From NCBI GenBank assembly GCA_033763335.1, contig JANRKU010000016.1, forward strand, positions 6,534-70,533: a stretch of 64,000 nt of DNA, in the 5' to 3' direction. This DNA comes from a bacterium. GTDB taxonomy: Bacteria; Chloroflexota; Anaerolineae; Aggregatilineales; Phototrophicaceae. Every line of letters starts with the position of its first letter. The first letter of the stretch is position 1. This document shows positions 1-9,497 of the stretch, piece by piece. The notes beneath the pieces are model-generated. The model did no database searches. It worked only from the letters and a program-made list of their open reading frames with translations, and was not told the DNA's origin. The position numbers and the translations under genes are program-made.

Positions 1-1
1 A

Positions 2-793
2 TGCTGGGATTATGCCTTGCCCTGTGTCCCCAAACAACATTATTCTCCTCTGCTCAAAGAACGGGCAGAGGGTGGTTATCAATTGCCGAGCTATGCTGTG
101 TTATTTAACCCTGCTACCCGTCAAATTTTATTGGTGATGGATACCCTAGAAGCAGTTGCATTGGATGAAACCACATCTCTCACTGCCACGCTCACCCCTC
201 TGAACGCCGATTTTACGCCAATGACCAATACACCGCCTGAGAATGTGTTTAATGACTACACGAAAGAAATAATGCCTATATCACTCGAAAATCGGAATAA
301 TTTCCCGACGACACTCCAAATGGGCATAATAGAATTACCCATTTTGCCAGATGGGCTATATGCCCTCATAGGCGAATGGAATGGCGCACAATCGGCATTG
401 GCTGATGTGTGGCAAATCCGCAATTTTCGGTTTGGCGATAATCTACAAATCACCGATGCGATTTTACGCCGTGATGAAAATCGGGTCATTGTGCAATTGG
501 TCGGTGTGCCATTACGCGCCATCCCCACCCGTTATCATGTGGCGATATGGCTACGTGGGGAATCTGGTGAATTTCAGATGGATGTGAGTCCCACTATCCC
601 CACACATGATTGGGGCTTAGATGGGCGCTATGATATTTCTGCCCAATTTGGTAATTTGCCACGCGGAACATATAGCCTCTCGGTAGTCTGGTATGATGTT
701 TATGATGCTAATTTATCGCGTTTGAAAGGGTACGATGCGGATGATGTGCCATTGGGGGAAGATGTGGTGCTTATAAAAGATATGGATTTATGA
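2..793 (+). CDS. hypothetical protein, C-terminal part (gene begins upstream of the window)
   Basis: The frame is open from nt 2 to TGA at 791-793, with no stop before the TTG at 17 that the ORF track uses. I recognise no motif. It ends 18 nt before a palindromic hairpin. Confidence 0.5.
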   Translation, partial: CWDYALPCVPKQHYSPLLKERAEGGYQLPSYAVLFNPATRQILLVMDTLEAVALDETTSLTATLTPLNADFTPMTNTPPENVFNDYTKEIMPISLENRNNFPTTLQMGIIELPILPDGLYALIGEWNGAQSALADVWQIRNFRFGDNLQITDAILRRDENRVIVQLVGVPLRAIPTRYHVAIWLRGESGEFQMDVSPTIPTHDWGLDGRYDISAQFGNLPRGTYSLSVVWYDVYDANLSRLKGYDADDVPLGEDVVLIKDMDL

Positions 794-810
794 GTAGAGA
801 CATAATAAGC

Positions 811-842
811 ATGTATGGGCTTGCCATGGCAAGCCCGTACAT
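811..842. repeat. REP-like palindrome, family 1 (core GGGCTTGCCATGGCAAGCCC); possible bidirectional terminator
   Basis: ATGTATGGGCTTGCCATGGCAAGCCCGTACAT is a 32-nt near-perfect palindrome between convergent genes. It overlaps the stop codon at 842-844. The same core recurs at 31380, 51965 and 60952. Confidence 0.8.
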
Positions 843-2173
843 CATGGCGAAGGGGTTGCAGTATTTTCTGCCGTTGGCATAGATGTGTTTTCTGGCGTAA
901 TTTCGGGTATAGCGGTTGGTGTGGCTTCTGCATCAGAAGAGAGTATCACCGTCAAATTAGTAGGTAAAATCGAAATATCCTGCGCCAAAATATCACTACG
1001 ACCACTGGCAATTTGGGGGACAGTGTCATATGTGCCTGCACCCTTGCCATTCATATCCACAATAATACGAATATCTGTCGCCGTCATGGTGTCCAGAATC
1101 GTCTGCGCCCCTGTGACCAATGCGGTCACTTTATCGGGAATCAGGCGCGGGGTCAACCCCTCTGCCACGCCAATTATATCCACCGTCACATTATCAAATT
1201 GACGGGTGGTGGTTTGGGCATCAATATTGACCAAAACTGTCACCAATGGGTTGCCCAATACAGATAGTGCCACATCATCTGGCAAAACAAGCGGTACTTG
1301 AACCTCAAAATCGGCAGTTTGACCGCTTAAATCAATCAATTGGGTGCGGAGTGTGTCGGGCAAATTGGCTAAATTTTGTGGTGAACCAATCACAAATACG
1401 GTTTGTGGGTCATAACTCACCGATATAATCACATATCCGGGCGTGAGGGTTTGTGTATCCAAATCGGGCGCAATTGCCAATTCTCGTAAATCATCGCGCC
1501 GACGAATTTCGACCACCGTCTGTACCATTTGCGGGTCTAATATGACATCATTCACGGTGCGCCCATCGGCATCTACAGGCACAAGGCGAATATCACCTGT
1601 ATAGGTTTCGCGTTGGGCGCTCAAATCTAAAACAGCACGCGCCGCCACCACTTGTTGCACACGGCTCGATGCACCACTAACACTGACGGTTTGAATGTTA
1701 AATTGTGGCTCTGTGCGGGTAAAATTGGTCGGTGGCTCATTCGTATCTGCGATAAATGCCACCACAGGCACAGATTGCGATTGCATTTCCTCTATGGTGA
1801 CTGTAATTTGGCGCGGTTGGGTATCGGCAATGGCTCGCCGCGAAATATCCGTTTGGAGTTCAATAGTATGTGTTCCAGCAGGGAGTCCGCGCAAATCGGC
1901 TCGCACAATAATATCTTCGCGGGAAAGGATATTGATGATAGATTGTGAACTGCGTACCGTGACTTGTGCATAGCGAGTCGCTTGCTCAATCAACAACATG
2001 CCTTCATCTAATTCCACCAAAATTGGCACTTGAGTATACCCACGTTCAATGATGGGGTCAGATTGGGTGCTTGATGATACCCAAATAAAAAAGGCGAGTC
2101 CCAACGAGGCTAAAAACCATACGATATTATTGACGAGGGGATTCGGAATCCATGTAGATTGAGTCGTTCTCAT
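842..2173 (-). CDS. cdaR: YbbR-domain protein (CdaR-like regulator of diadenylate cyclase)
   Basis: An N-terminal TM helix (IVWFLASLGLAFFIWV) is followed by repeated YbbR-type modules (e.g. VTVRSSQSIINILSREDIIVRADLRGLPAGTHTIELQ). The gene is directly downstream of cdaA. The ATG at 2173 gives an ATGA stop/start overlap; the track start at 2200 would overlap cdaA by 31 nt. Confidence 0.8.
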   Translation of the reverse strand: MRTTQSTWIPNPLVNNIVWFLASLGLAFFIWVSSSTQSDPIIERGYTQVPILVELDEGMLLIEQATRYAQVTVRSSQSIINILSREDIIVRADLRGLPAGTHTIELQTDISRRAIADTQPRQITVTIEEMQSQSVPVVAFIADTNEPPTNFTRTEPQFNIQTVSVSGASSRVQQVVAARAVLDLSAQRETYTGDIRLVPVDADGRTVNDVILDPQMVQTVVEIRRRDDLRELAIAPDLDTQTLTPGYVIISVSYDPQTVFVIGSPQNLANLPDTLRTQLIDLSGQTADFEVQVPLVLPDDVALSVLGNPLVTVLVNIDAQTTTRQFDNVTVDIIGVAEGLTPRLIPDKVTALVTGAQTILDTMTATDIRIIVDMNGKGAGTYDTVPQIASGRSDILAQDISILPTNLTVILSSDAEATPTAIPEITPENTSMPTAENTATPSP

Positions 2174-3027
2174 GAAACTTTCCGTTGTTCTTGCAACCAC
2201 TGAACCAAACCCCTAAATCGTTCAATTGCGCGTAGGGTTGGCGTGACAGGGGTGATGGGTGCGCCATAAAAGGTGTTGAGCATGTGCCGAAGGCGGTCTA
2301 AATTCATTTGCGAGACCATGCGCCCGCCATTAGTGACAGAAATCCTGCCTGTTTCTTCAGAGACAATCACACACAGCGCATCACTCACTTCACTAATGCC
2401 AAGCGCGGCGCGGTGACGTGTCCCCATTTTTTTACTGGGCAAATTTCGGCTGGCAGTGAGGGGCAACACACATGCCGCCGCCGCTAATAATCCATCATTA
2501 TCAATAATCGCCGCCCCATCATGCAATTCGGTCTTGGGCCAAAAAATAGTGAGGAGCATTTCTGCGCTCACCTGACTTTTGAGGCTAATACCTGTGCGAA
2601 TATAATCGTCTAAGCCACTTTTACGTTGCAAAACGATGAGCGCCCCATGTCGCCGTTCAGCGAGTTTTTCTGCCGCCTCACAAATTTCGGTGATGATGGC
2701 TTGGCGCACCGTCTCTGGGGCGCTTCGTCCAAAAAAATTACCACGTCCCAATCGTTCCAAAAATCGGCGTAATTCTGGCTGAAAAATCACAGGCACAGCA
2801 ACAGCGAGTGCAGTGAGGATATTGGTGAGTAACCACCCCACTGCCCGCAATTGGAAAACGCTCGAAAACAGGCTCATTACCACAGCGACCAAAATTGTGC
2901 CACGTACCAATGCCATCGCCTGTGTGCCACGCACGAAGTAGGCGAGAGAATAAAAGAACAAGGCAACAATAAAAATGTCGATAATGTCGGTAAAGGTGAT
3001 GCTTTCTAGCGTCCAAAGCAGTTCCAC
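2170..3027 (-). CDS. cdaA: diadenylate cyclase CdaA (c-di-AMP synthase)
   Basis: Three N-terminal TM helices, then a DAC domain with DGAAII and GTRHRAALGISEVSDALCVIVSEETGRISV. A YbbR gene follows. Confidence 0.9.
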   Translation of the reverse strand: MELLWTLESITFTDIIDIFIVALFFYSLAYFVRGTQAMALVRGTILVAVVMSLFSSVFQLRAVGWLLTNILTALAVAVPVIFQPELRRFLERLGRGNFFGRSAPETVRQAIITEICEAAEKLAERRHGALIVLQRKSGLDDYIRTGISLKSQVSAEMLLTIFWPKTELHDGAAIIDNDGLLAAAACVLPLTASRNLPSKKMGTRHRAALGISEVSDALCVIVSEETGRISVTNGGRMVSQMNLDRLRHMLNTFYGAPITPVTPTLRAIERFRGLVQWLQEQRKVS

Positions 3028-3036
3028 GCAATCCCC

Positions 3037-5319
3037 TTACTGTTGCTCTAAGTTAGAGGTCGTCCCTAATTTCACTAACAACCGCCGATAATCATCTATA
3101 TTATCTGGTTGTAGGGCGATAATTTTCTTAATCGTATTCCGTGCCTCAACATTCAAGCCCGCCTCAAGTTGCAATTCGCCCAACGCATCGAGTTGTGCAA
3201 TCGCTTCCATCTTGCGTCCCAATTGTTGATACAATTTTGCCAATCTATCGCGCAAGCCAAAATCATTGGCATAAGACCGCACCAATTCTTCGAGCAGTTT
3301 GGCAATTTTATTGATTTGCTTGGCTTTGGCAAAAATATTGAGTAATTTATCAAGATTTTTGGTCGCTTCTAGTTGATTATTTTGGCTATAGTGCAAATCA
3401 ATAAGGGCGCGATAGGCACGTTCATCTTCTGGCATCAAATCCAAAATTTCTTCGTATGTTCGCAAAGCACGGCGGGTATCAAGACGAATCTGATCCATAT
3501 CTGCCAAATTATGCTTAATTTCGACCAATTTCACGGGGTCAGAATTGAGGCGCTTGGCAGTCCGTTCTGCTTGTTGGAATGTCTCGCGGGAGAGTTCAAA
3601 ATTCCCCAATTGGTTATGTGTTTTTGCCAGCTCAATATATTGGTCGAGCATTTCATCGAAGCGTTCTTCACTTTCGAGCAACGCAATGAGGCTTGTCCGC
3701 ACCGAAATATCCAATGGAGCCATCTCTAGCACTTCTGCGAGGATGGATGTAGCACGGGCATTTTCGTCGCGCGACATATAGGCTTTGGCAATCACATTAT
3801 ATTTGTTGATGGCTTGGCGCAATCTGCCTTCACGCATCATGATTTCTGCCATCCGCACATGCAACGGCAGGTAATATGGCGAGGCGAGCATGGCATTATG
3901 ACATTCATCCATGGCGAGGGTGAGTAACCCACGTTGGATGTAATTATCAATACTGGCGAGGGTTGTCGCTAATTTCTCACTACCGCCTGTGCCTAAGAAG
4001 TCCACCACACCTTGTTCACCTTGGTCATGGAATACTTCTTCAAGATGCTTGCGTGTCTCTGCGACCCGCTTTTTCCAATCTGTCCCACTGAGCAAATCGG
4101 AGAAGCGTTGATTAATTGCCGCCAACATCTCATCTGAGCGCCCATCCAATGCTGTGAGCAGTTGGTTATAGGTGGCGGCGAGTTCTGCCTCTTCCTTTTT
4201 ATTTGCCGCGAGGAGTGCATCCACCGCCTGCAAACTTTGGATGAGAAAGCGCGAGGCTTGTTTTTGCTTGCCCAATTTATAATGCGCTAATCCCAGTGCA
4301 TGAAGCGCCCCAGATGCCAATTTTGGCTCTGTAACTGCCTCAGTGAGCGATTTAATCGCCAAGTCGTATTGTTCGGTGAGATAGAGCAATCCGCCCAAAT
4401 TGAGTTGTAAGGCGGGGTGGCGCATCTTGCCCTGTGCCGCTTTGGTATACGATTCAACCGCCTGTGGATATTGGCTTTGGCGTTGCAATTCCATCCCCTG
4501 CATGGCAGAGGCAGTTGCCATATCCATCGAACCGCTTTCCATCACATACGCCGCCAACATGCCCTGTGCTTCGGTCATGGCTTCGCCCAATGGACCAAGC
4601 GGGTCGGCATCGCCTACTTTTTTGCGAGCATCCACCATTTCTTCTTTGAATAAATCCAGAATACTTTGGTCTTCGGTGGTTTTTGGCTTAGAAACAGGCG
4701 GGGTGCTATCTGTGGGCAATGTTACTGCCCCACCAGAGCGCAATGCGCGGAGGGTATTCAGGGCTTGTGGGTTACGCTTATCCAGCCGTAGCGCCCGTTC
4801 CACCGCTTTAATCGCTTTATCAGTATCCCCCTGTCGCTGAAAATTGAAGGCAAGGGTCAAATATTCGCGCAATGCCCGTTTATTATCGCCAATACGTTCA
4901 TAGGCTTGCGCCAAACGTGCGTGAATGGTGATAAGACCGGGTGTTAATTGAGTGGCACGTTCCCAATTGCTGATGGATTTATCGAGGTCGCGTTGCCCAA
5001 GATAAACATCAGCCACTGTGATATACCGTTGTGCCGCCTCTTTTAAGCGCCCCATGCGTTCTAGCACATCTGCGCCACGTTCCAATGGTGTGGGGTCGTC
5101 TGGTGATAGTTGATGGGCGCGGTTATAGACCTTAAGCGCATCTTCCAAACGCCCTGCCTTGAGCAATGCCAACCCCAAATGGATATGGGCTTCGCCATCC
5201 TCGGGGATTTCTTGAATCGCATGGGAATAGGCTTTAATTGCGCCTACCCAGTTCTGTTCCCAAGCGGCATTATGCCCCAAGTTCATACTCTTTTGATATG
5301 TTTCGCGGTCTCCAGCCAT
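3037..5319 (-). CDS. tetratricopeptide (TPR) repeat protein, 760 aa
   Basis: Many 34-aa TPR-like units (A..Y..A....P....A...LG.......G....A). It sits 9 nt upstream of cdaA and 17 nt downstream of argF on the same strand. Confidence 0.8.
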   Translation of the reverse strand: MAGDRETYQKSMNLGHNAAWEQNWVGAIKAYSHAIQEIPEDGEAHIHLGLALLKAGRLEDALKVYNRAHQLSPDDPTPLERGADVLERMGRLKEAAQRYITVADVYLGQRDLDKSISNWERATQLTPGLITIHARLAQAYERIGDNKRALREYLTLAFNFQRQGDTDKAIKAVERALRLDKRNPQALNTLRALRSGGAVTLPTDSTPPVSKPKTTEDQSILDLFKEEMVDARKKVGDADPLGPLGEAMTEAQGMLAAYVMESGSMDMATASAMQGMELQRQSQYPQAVESYTKAAQGKMRHPALQLNLGGLLYLTEQYDLAIKSLTEAVTEPKLASGALHALGLAHYKLGKQKQASRFLIQSLQAVDALLAANKKEEAELAATYNQLLTALDGRSDEMLAAINQRFSDLLSGTDWKKRVAETRKHLEEVFHDQGEQGVVDFLGTGGSEKLATTLASIDNYIQRGLLTLAMDECHNAMLASPYYLPLHVRMAEIMMREGRLRQAINKYNVIAKAYMSRDENARATSILAEVLEMAPLDISVRTSLIALLESEERFDEMLDQYIELAKTHNQLGNFELSRETFQQAERTAKRLNSDPVKLVEIKHNLADMDQIRLDTRRALRTYEEILDLMPEDERAYRALIDLHYSQNNQLEATKNLDKLLNIFAKAKQINKIAKLLEELVRSYANDFGLRDRLAKLYQQLGRKMEAIAQLDALGELQLEAGLNVEARNTIKKIIALQPDNIDDYRRLLVKLGTTSNLEQQ

Positions 5320-5336
5320 AAGGGATTTATCTCATG

Positions 5337-6260
5337 TCATGATAACAAACGGACGAGTAAGGCTTTCTGTGCATGTAGCCGATTTTCGGCTTGTTCAAAG
5401 ACGAGTGATTGAGCGCCATCCATCACCTCATCGGTGATTTCTTGCCCACGGTGGGCAGGCAAACAATGTAACACAACAGCAGTCGGCTTTGCGTTACGGA
5501 GCAAGGCATCATTCACCTGATACGGCGCGAAGATGGGCAACCGAATTTCTGCCTCTTTTTCTTGTCCCATGCTCACCCATGTATCAGTATACACCACATC
5601 GGCTTGATACACGGCGGCAGTTGGGTCGGTGAATGTTTCAATTTTAATTTTGATACCAGAGGCACTTGCCAATTGTGCCGCTTTGACCATAAATCGCGCA
5701 GGCACTTCATACCCATGTGGGGTTGCAATCGAAAAATCCAATCCAAATTGAGCGCACGCCAACAAGAGCGATGCCGCAACATTATTGCCATCGCCCACAT
5801 AGGTCAATTTTAACCCTTTGAGTGTGCCAAAATGTTCGTAAATCGTGAGCATATCGGCTAAGGCTTGGCAGGGATGTTCATCATCACTCAAACCGTTGAT
5901 GACGGGTACAGATGCCCATTGCGCCAATTCCACCACATGAGCATGGTCAAAAACCCGTGCCATAATCCCTTGCACGAATCCATTCAACACACGCGCCACA
6001 TCGGGGATACTCTCGCGCTTGCCAAGTCCAATTTCATCGGGACCGAGCATAATGGCATCACCACCTAAATGTTTCATCCCCACTTCAAATGACACACGGG
6101 TACGGAGTGATGGTTTTTGGAACACCAGCGCCAATACTTTCCCCGCCAATACTGGGCGATTGCCTCCGCTTTTCCACTCGCGTTTGAGATGAACTGCCAG
6201 TTCAATGAGTTCAAACAATTCCTTCGCAGACCAGCTAGAAAAATCGAGAAAATCTTTCAT
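5337..6260 (-). CDS. argF: ornithine carbamoyltransferase
   Basis: Motifs SLRTRVSFE, HPCQALAD and HCLPAHRGQE. I prefer the ATG at 6260 (MKDFLDF...), which lies 7 nt after an AAGG. The track start is 6290. Confidence 0.92.
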   Translation of the reverse strand: MKDFLDFSSWSAKELFELIELAVHLKREWKSGGNRPVLAGKVLALVFQKPSLRTRVSFEVGMKHLGGDAIMLGPDEIGLGKRESIPDVARVLNGFVQGIMARVFDHAHVVELAQWASVPVINGLSDDEHPCQALADMLTIYEHFGTLKGLKLTYVGDGNNVAASLLLACAQFGLDFSIATPHGYEVPARFMVKAAQLASASGIKIKIETFTDPTAAVYQADVVYTDTWVSMGQEKEAEIRLPIFAPYQVNDALLRNAKPTAVVLHCLPAHRGQEITDEVMDGAQSLVFEQAENRLHAQKALLVRLLS

Positions 6261-6465
6261 TACCATGCCTTTATCGGGTGTTCTGCACAATATAAAGATA
6301 GTATAGCATCAATTACGCTATTTCGCATGAGGGGGATAAAAATCGCTCCCCACTCCATATACATCTTCATACCTATTTTAACGCAAAATTAGGATGATTC
6401 GCCACCATAAAATACAAAATGATGGGTAAAAGGGGCGCAAATTTAACTATGAAATTGCTCTTTTA

Positions 6466-6569
6466 CCTCACCCCCCTGCCCCCTTTCCAAATTGGAGAGG
6501 GGGAGAAAAGCATTTTGTAGGTCGGTTTAAGTCCCCTCGCCAGACTGGAGAGGGGATTTAGGGGTGAGG
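6466..6569. repeat. ~105-nt nested-hairpin intergenic element, copy A
   Basis: Outer stem CCTCACCCC...GGGGTGAGG encloses hairpin 1 (CCCCCTTTCCAAATTGGAGAGGGGG), a 29-nt spacer (AGAAAAGCATTTTGTAGGTCGGTTTAAGT) and hairpin 2 (CCCCTCGCCAGACTGGAGAGGGG). It lies 28 nt 3' of the polA stop. Confidence 0.85.
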
Positions 6570-6597
6570 TTTATTTCTTAAGTTGTCGCTTATAGTA

Positions 6598-9345
6598 TCA
6601 AGCCATATCGCGCCAATTCGTCCCAGATTCGGCATTAGCTTTGAGCCGTACCTTGAGAGGATACGCCCCCTCCATCACCCCCAAGACCATTGCCTGCACA
6701 TCGGCTAAATGGGCATTTGGCACTTCTAAGACCAATTCGTCATGGACTTGGAGCAACATATTCGCGCCGTGTCCATCGGTTTGTAACACCCTATCCAATT
6801 CAATCATGGCGCGTTTCATAATATCCGCCGCCGACCCCTGAATCGGATGATTAATCGCCGCCCGCAATTCTGCCTCTTCGGTCTGTTTATTGGCTTTGGG
6901 GTCTTTGAATATGGGGAAATAGCGCCTACGCCCAAAAAGCGTCTCCACAAACCCTTCTTCCCGTGCCTGCTTTTTGGTGTCGTTCAAATACCGTTCAACA
7001 TCGGGCAGGCGCTTGAAATAGGTATCTATGAATTTTCGCGCTTCGGCTAGGGTCAGGTCACTATCGCGTGCCAGCCGATACGCTCCCATGCCATAAATCA
7101 GCCCAAAATTGACGCGCTTGGCAAAACTACGTTGCTCGTATGTCACCGCATCCAGCGCAATCCCAAACACTGCCGCCGCCGTTGCCGCATGAATATCTTC
7201 ATCGCGCGAAAAGGCTTCTAACAGCGTTTCATCGTTGCTCACATGCGCCAAAACACGTAATTCGATTTGGCTATAATCCACCGAGAGCAATTGATACCCC
7301 TCTGGCGCGATAAATGCCCGCCGTACTTCGCGCCCCAATTCGGTGCGAATGGGGATATTTTGCAGGTTGGGATTGTTGCTACTCAAGCGCCCTGTGTTCG
7401 TCCCTGTCTGATTATAACTGGTATGCAAACGGCGCGTATTGGGGTTCACCAGCTTGGGGAGCGCATCAATATACGTCCCTTTCAGCTTCACCAACTCCCG
7501 ATATTCGATGATGGCGCGGATGATTTTATCGCCCGTATCCTCATAGAGTTTTTCCAGCGTGGCGGCATCAGTCGAAAATCCGAGTGTCGTCTTTTTTAGC
7601 CCTACGGTGGGCAATCCCATCGTATTGAACAGCACATCGCTCAATTGCTTGGGGCTATTGATGTTAAAATTCTCGCCACTCATCTCATAAATTTTACCTT
7701 CGGCGGTGCGTACTAGCGCATCCACCCGCGTGCTAAGTTCTGCCAGATATGCCACATCCAACAAAACGCCATTGCTCTCCATCCGTCCCAAAACAGGGAT
7801 GAGGGGCAATTCTAATTCCATATACAAATCCATCATGCCCATCGTGGTCAATTCTTCGACCAAAAAACGCCATGCAAGGTAGGTTATGGTCACATCAGCC
7901 GTTGCATACACCCCCGCTTTTTCGACAGGCACTTGTGCCATCGTGATTTGCTTTTTGCCTGTGCCGATGAGTTCATCAATGGATGTCATCTTTTTATGCA
8001 GATATTTGGTCGCAAACCGCTTTAATCCCAAAAAGCGACTATCAGGATTCCGCACCCACTCGGCAATCATGGTATCAAATGCCAATGGGAATACCTCTAT
8101 GCCATGCCGACGCATCACCACACAGTCATAACTGGCATTATGCGCCACTTTGGGGATAGTGGGGTTGGTCATCGCGGGGCGGATGGCATCCATCACCACC
8201 GCCAGAGTCAATTGTGATGGGGCTGGTGACGGAAACAATGTATTTGCCCCCTCCCCCAAATGCCCAACAGGGATGTAATATCCCTTTTTCTCATCCATCG
8301 CCAACGCAATGCCCACCAAATCCACCGTCATCTGGTCAATGCCTGTGGTCTCGGTATCGAACATAATCGCACCCGCAGAATTGAGGTGTACTACTAATTC
8401 TGCCAATTTTTCTGATGTATCCACAATCACTGTTTCATAGACATGCGGTTCTACACTCTCAAAATCGAATTGGGTGTGCAAAGAACGGAAGGTCTCGCCC
8501 AATGTGACGAATTCCATTTTTTCAAAAAATTTATTCACCGCGTTAGGGTCGTAATCTTCGGTCTTACACGCCTCTAAATCCAATTGAATCGGCACATCCC
8601 GAATGATACGGGCAAGTCGTTGGCTGACAAAAGCACTTTCGCGCCCATCTATCAACTTTTGGCGCAATTTTTCTGGGATTTCATGCAGATGGTCATAGAG
8701 TGCCTCTAATGTGCCATGTGCTTGTAGCAGTGTGGTCGCCCCTTTTTCGCCAATACCCTTTACCCCTGGGATGTTGTCGGATGTATCGCCCACCAACGCC
8801 TTATAATCCACCAATTGACGGGGCGAAATGCCCCATTTTTCGATGAATAGGTTGGTATCATATACAATATCTTCTTTGGCAGATGGCAATTGCACCCGCA
8901 CATGATTATCGAGCAATTGCAATAAATCTCTATCGCCTGTGATGACATGCACCAACACATTTTGGGGTTTGGCTTGGTCTACCAATGTACCGATAATATC
9001 ATCTGCCTCAAAGCCATCTTTGGTCAAAATGGGGATATTAAAGGCGCGGATGAGTTCAAAAATGCTCTCCATCTGCGAATCAAGGCTTTCTGGCATATCA
9101 TCCCGATGCGCTTTATAGGCGGGATAATACTCCTCGCGCCCACTCAATCCTTTATCAAAACACACGGCAATATATTGGGGTTGCTGATTTTTGAGCAAAT
9201 CTATCAACAACCGCGCAAATCCGAACACAGCATTGGTCGCCTCACCTGTGCGCGGATGCACCATGCGACTATATGCCATCCCATGAAATTGACGGTAAGC
9301 GATGGCATGACCATCTAACACATATAAAATTGGCGGAATCGCCAT
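6598..9345 (-). CDS. polA: DNA polymerase I
   Basis: 915 aa. It has a 5'-3' exonuclease N-terminus (GDTSDNIPGVKGIGEKGA), a 3'-5' exo-like region (IMFDTETTG), and polymerase motifs DYSQIELRVLAH, RSFAKRVNFGLIYG and QVHDELVLE. Confidence 0.97.
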   Translation of the reverse strand: MAIPPILYVLDGHAIAYRQFHGMAYSRMVHPRTGEATNAVFGFARLLIDLLKNQQPQYIAVCFDKGLSGREEYYPAYKAHRDDMPESLDSQMESIFELIRAFNIPILTKDGFEADDIIGTLVDQAKPQNVLVHVITGDRDLLQLLDNHVRVQLPSAKEDIVYDTNLFIEKWGISPRQLVDYKALVGDTSDNIPGVKGIGEKGATTLLQAHGTLEALYDHLHEIPEKLRQKLIDGRESAFVSQRLARIIRDVPIQLDLEACKTEDYDPNAVNKFFEKMEFVTLGETFRSLHTQFDFESVEPHVYETVIVDTSEKLAELVVHLNSAGAIMFDTETTGIDQMTVDLVGIALAMDEKKGYYIPVGHLGEGANTLFPSPAPSQLTLAVVMDAIRPAMTNPTIPKVAHNASYDCVVMRRHGIEVFPLAFDTMIAEWVRNPDSRFLGLKRFATKYLHKKMTSIDELIGTGKKQITMAQVPVEKAGVYATADVTITYLAWRFLVEELTTMGMMDLYMELELPLIPVLGRMESNGVLLDVAYLAELSTRVDALVRTAEGKIYEMSGENFNINSPKQLSDVLFNTMGLPTVGLKKTTLGFSTDAATLEKLYEDTGDKIIRAIIEYRELVKLKGTYIDALPKLVNPNTRRLHTSYNQTGTNTGRLSSNNPNLQNIPIRTELGREVRRAFIAPEGYQLLSVDYSQIELRVLAHVSNDETLLEAFSRDEDIHAATAAAVFGIALDAVTYEQRSFAKRVNFGLIYGMGAYRLARDSDLTLAEARKFIDTYFKRLPDVERYLNDTKKQAREEGFVETLFGRRRYFPIFKDPKANKQTEEAELRAAINHPIQGSAADIMKRAMIELDRVLQTDGHGANMLLQVHDELVLEVPNAHLADVQAMVLGVMEGAYPLKVRLKANAESGTNWRDMA

Positions 9346-9370
9346 AGGGGTATTCCTTTCTAATTTTTCA

Positions 9371-9475
9371 CCTCACCCCTAAATCCCCTCTCCAAATTGG
9401 AGAGGGGACTTGAACCCATTTTATAGGTGGAATTTCTCCCCTTCTCCAGACTGGAGAAGGGGTTGGGGGATGAGG
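9371..9475. repeat. ~105-nt nested-hairpin intergenic element, copy B
   Basis: CCTCACCCC TAAAT CCCCTCTCCAAATTGGAGAGGGG ...CCATTTTATAGGTGG... CCCCTTCTCCAGACTGGAGAAGGGG TTG GGGGATGAGG. It lies 22 nt 3' of the stop of the 9498 gene and 25 nt upstream of the polA start. Confidence 0.85.
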
Positions 9476-9497
9476 TTAAGGGATAAAAGGTGGTTTT

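Noticed and set aside
6466-9475. The repeated ~105-nt elements and the 28-nt palindromes considered as a CRISPR array.
   Set aside because: The copies are kilobases apart and separated by genes. They are internally palindromic, there are no regular short spacers, and no cas genes are present.
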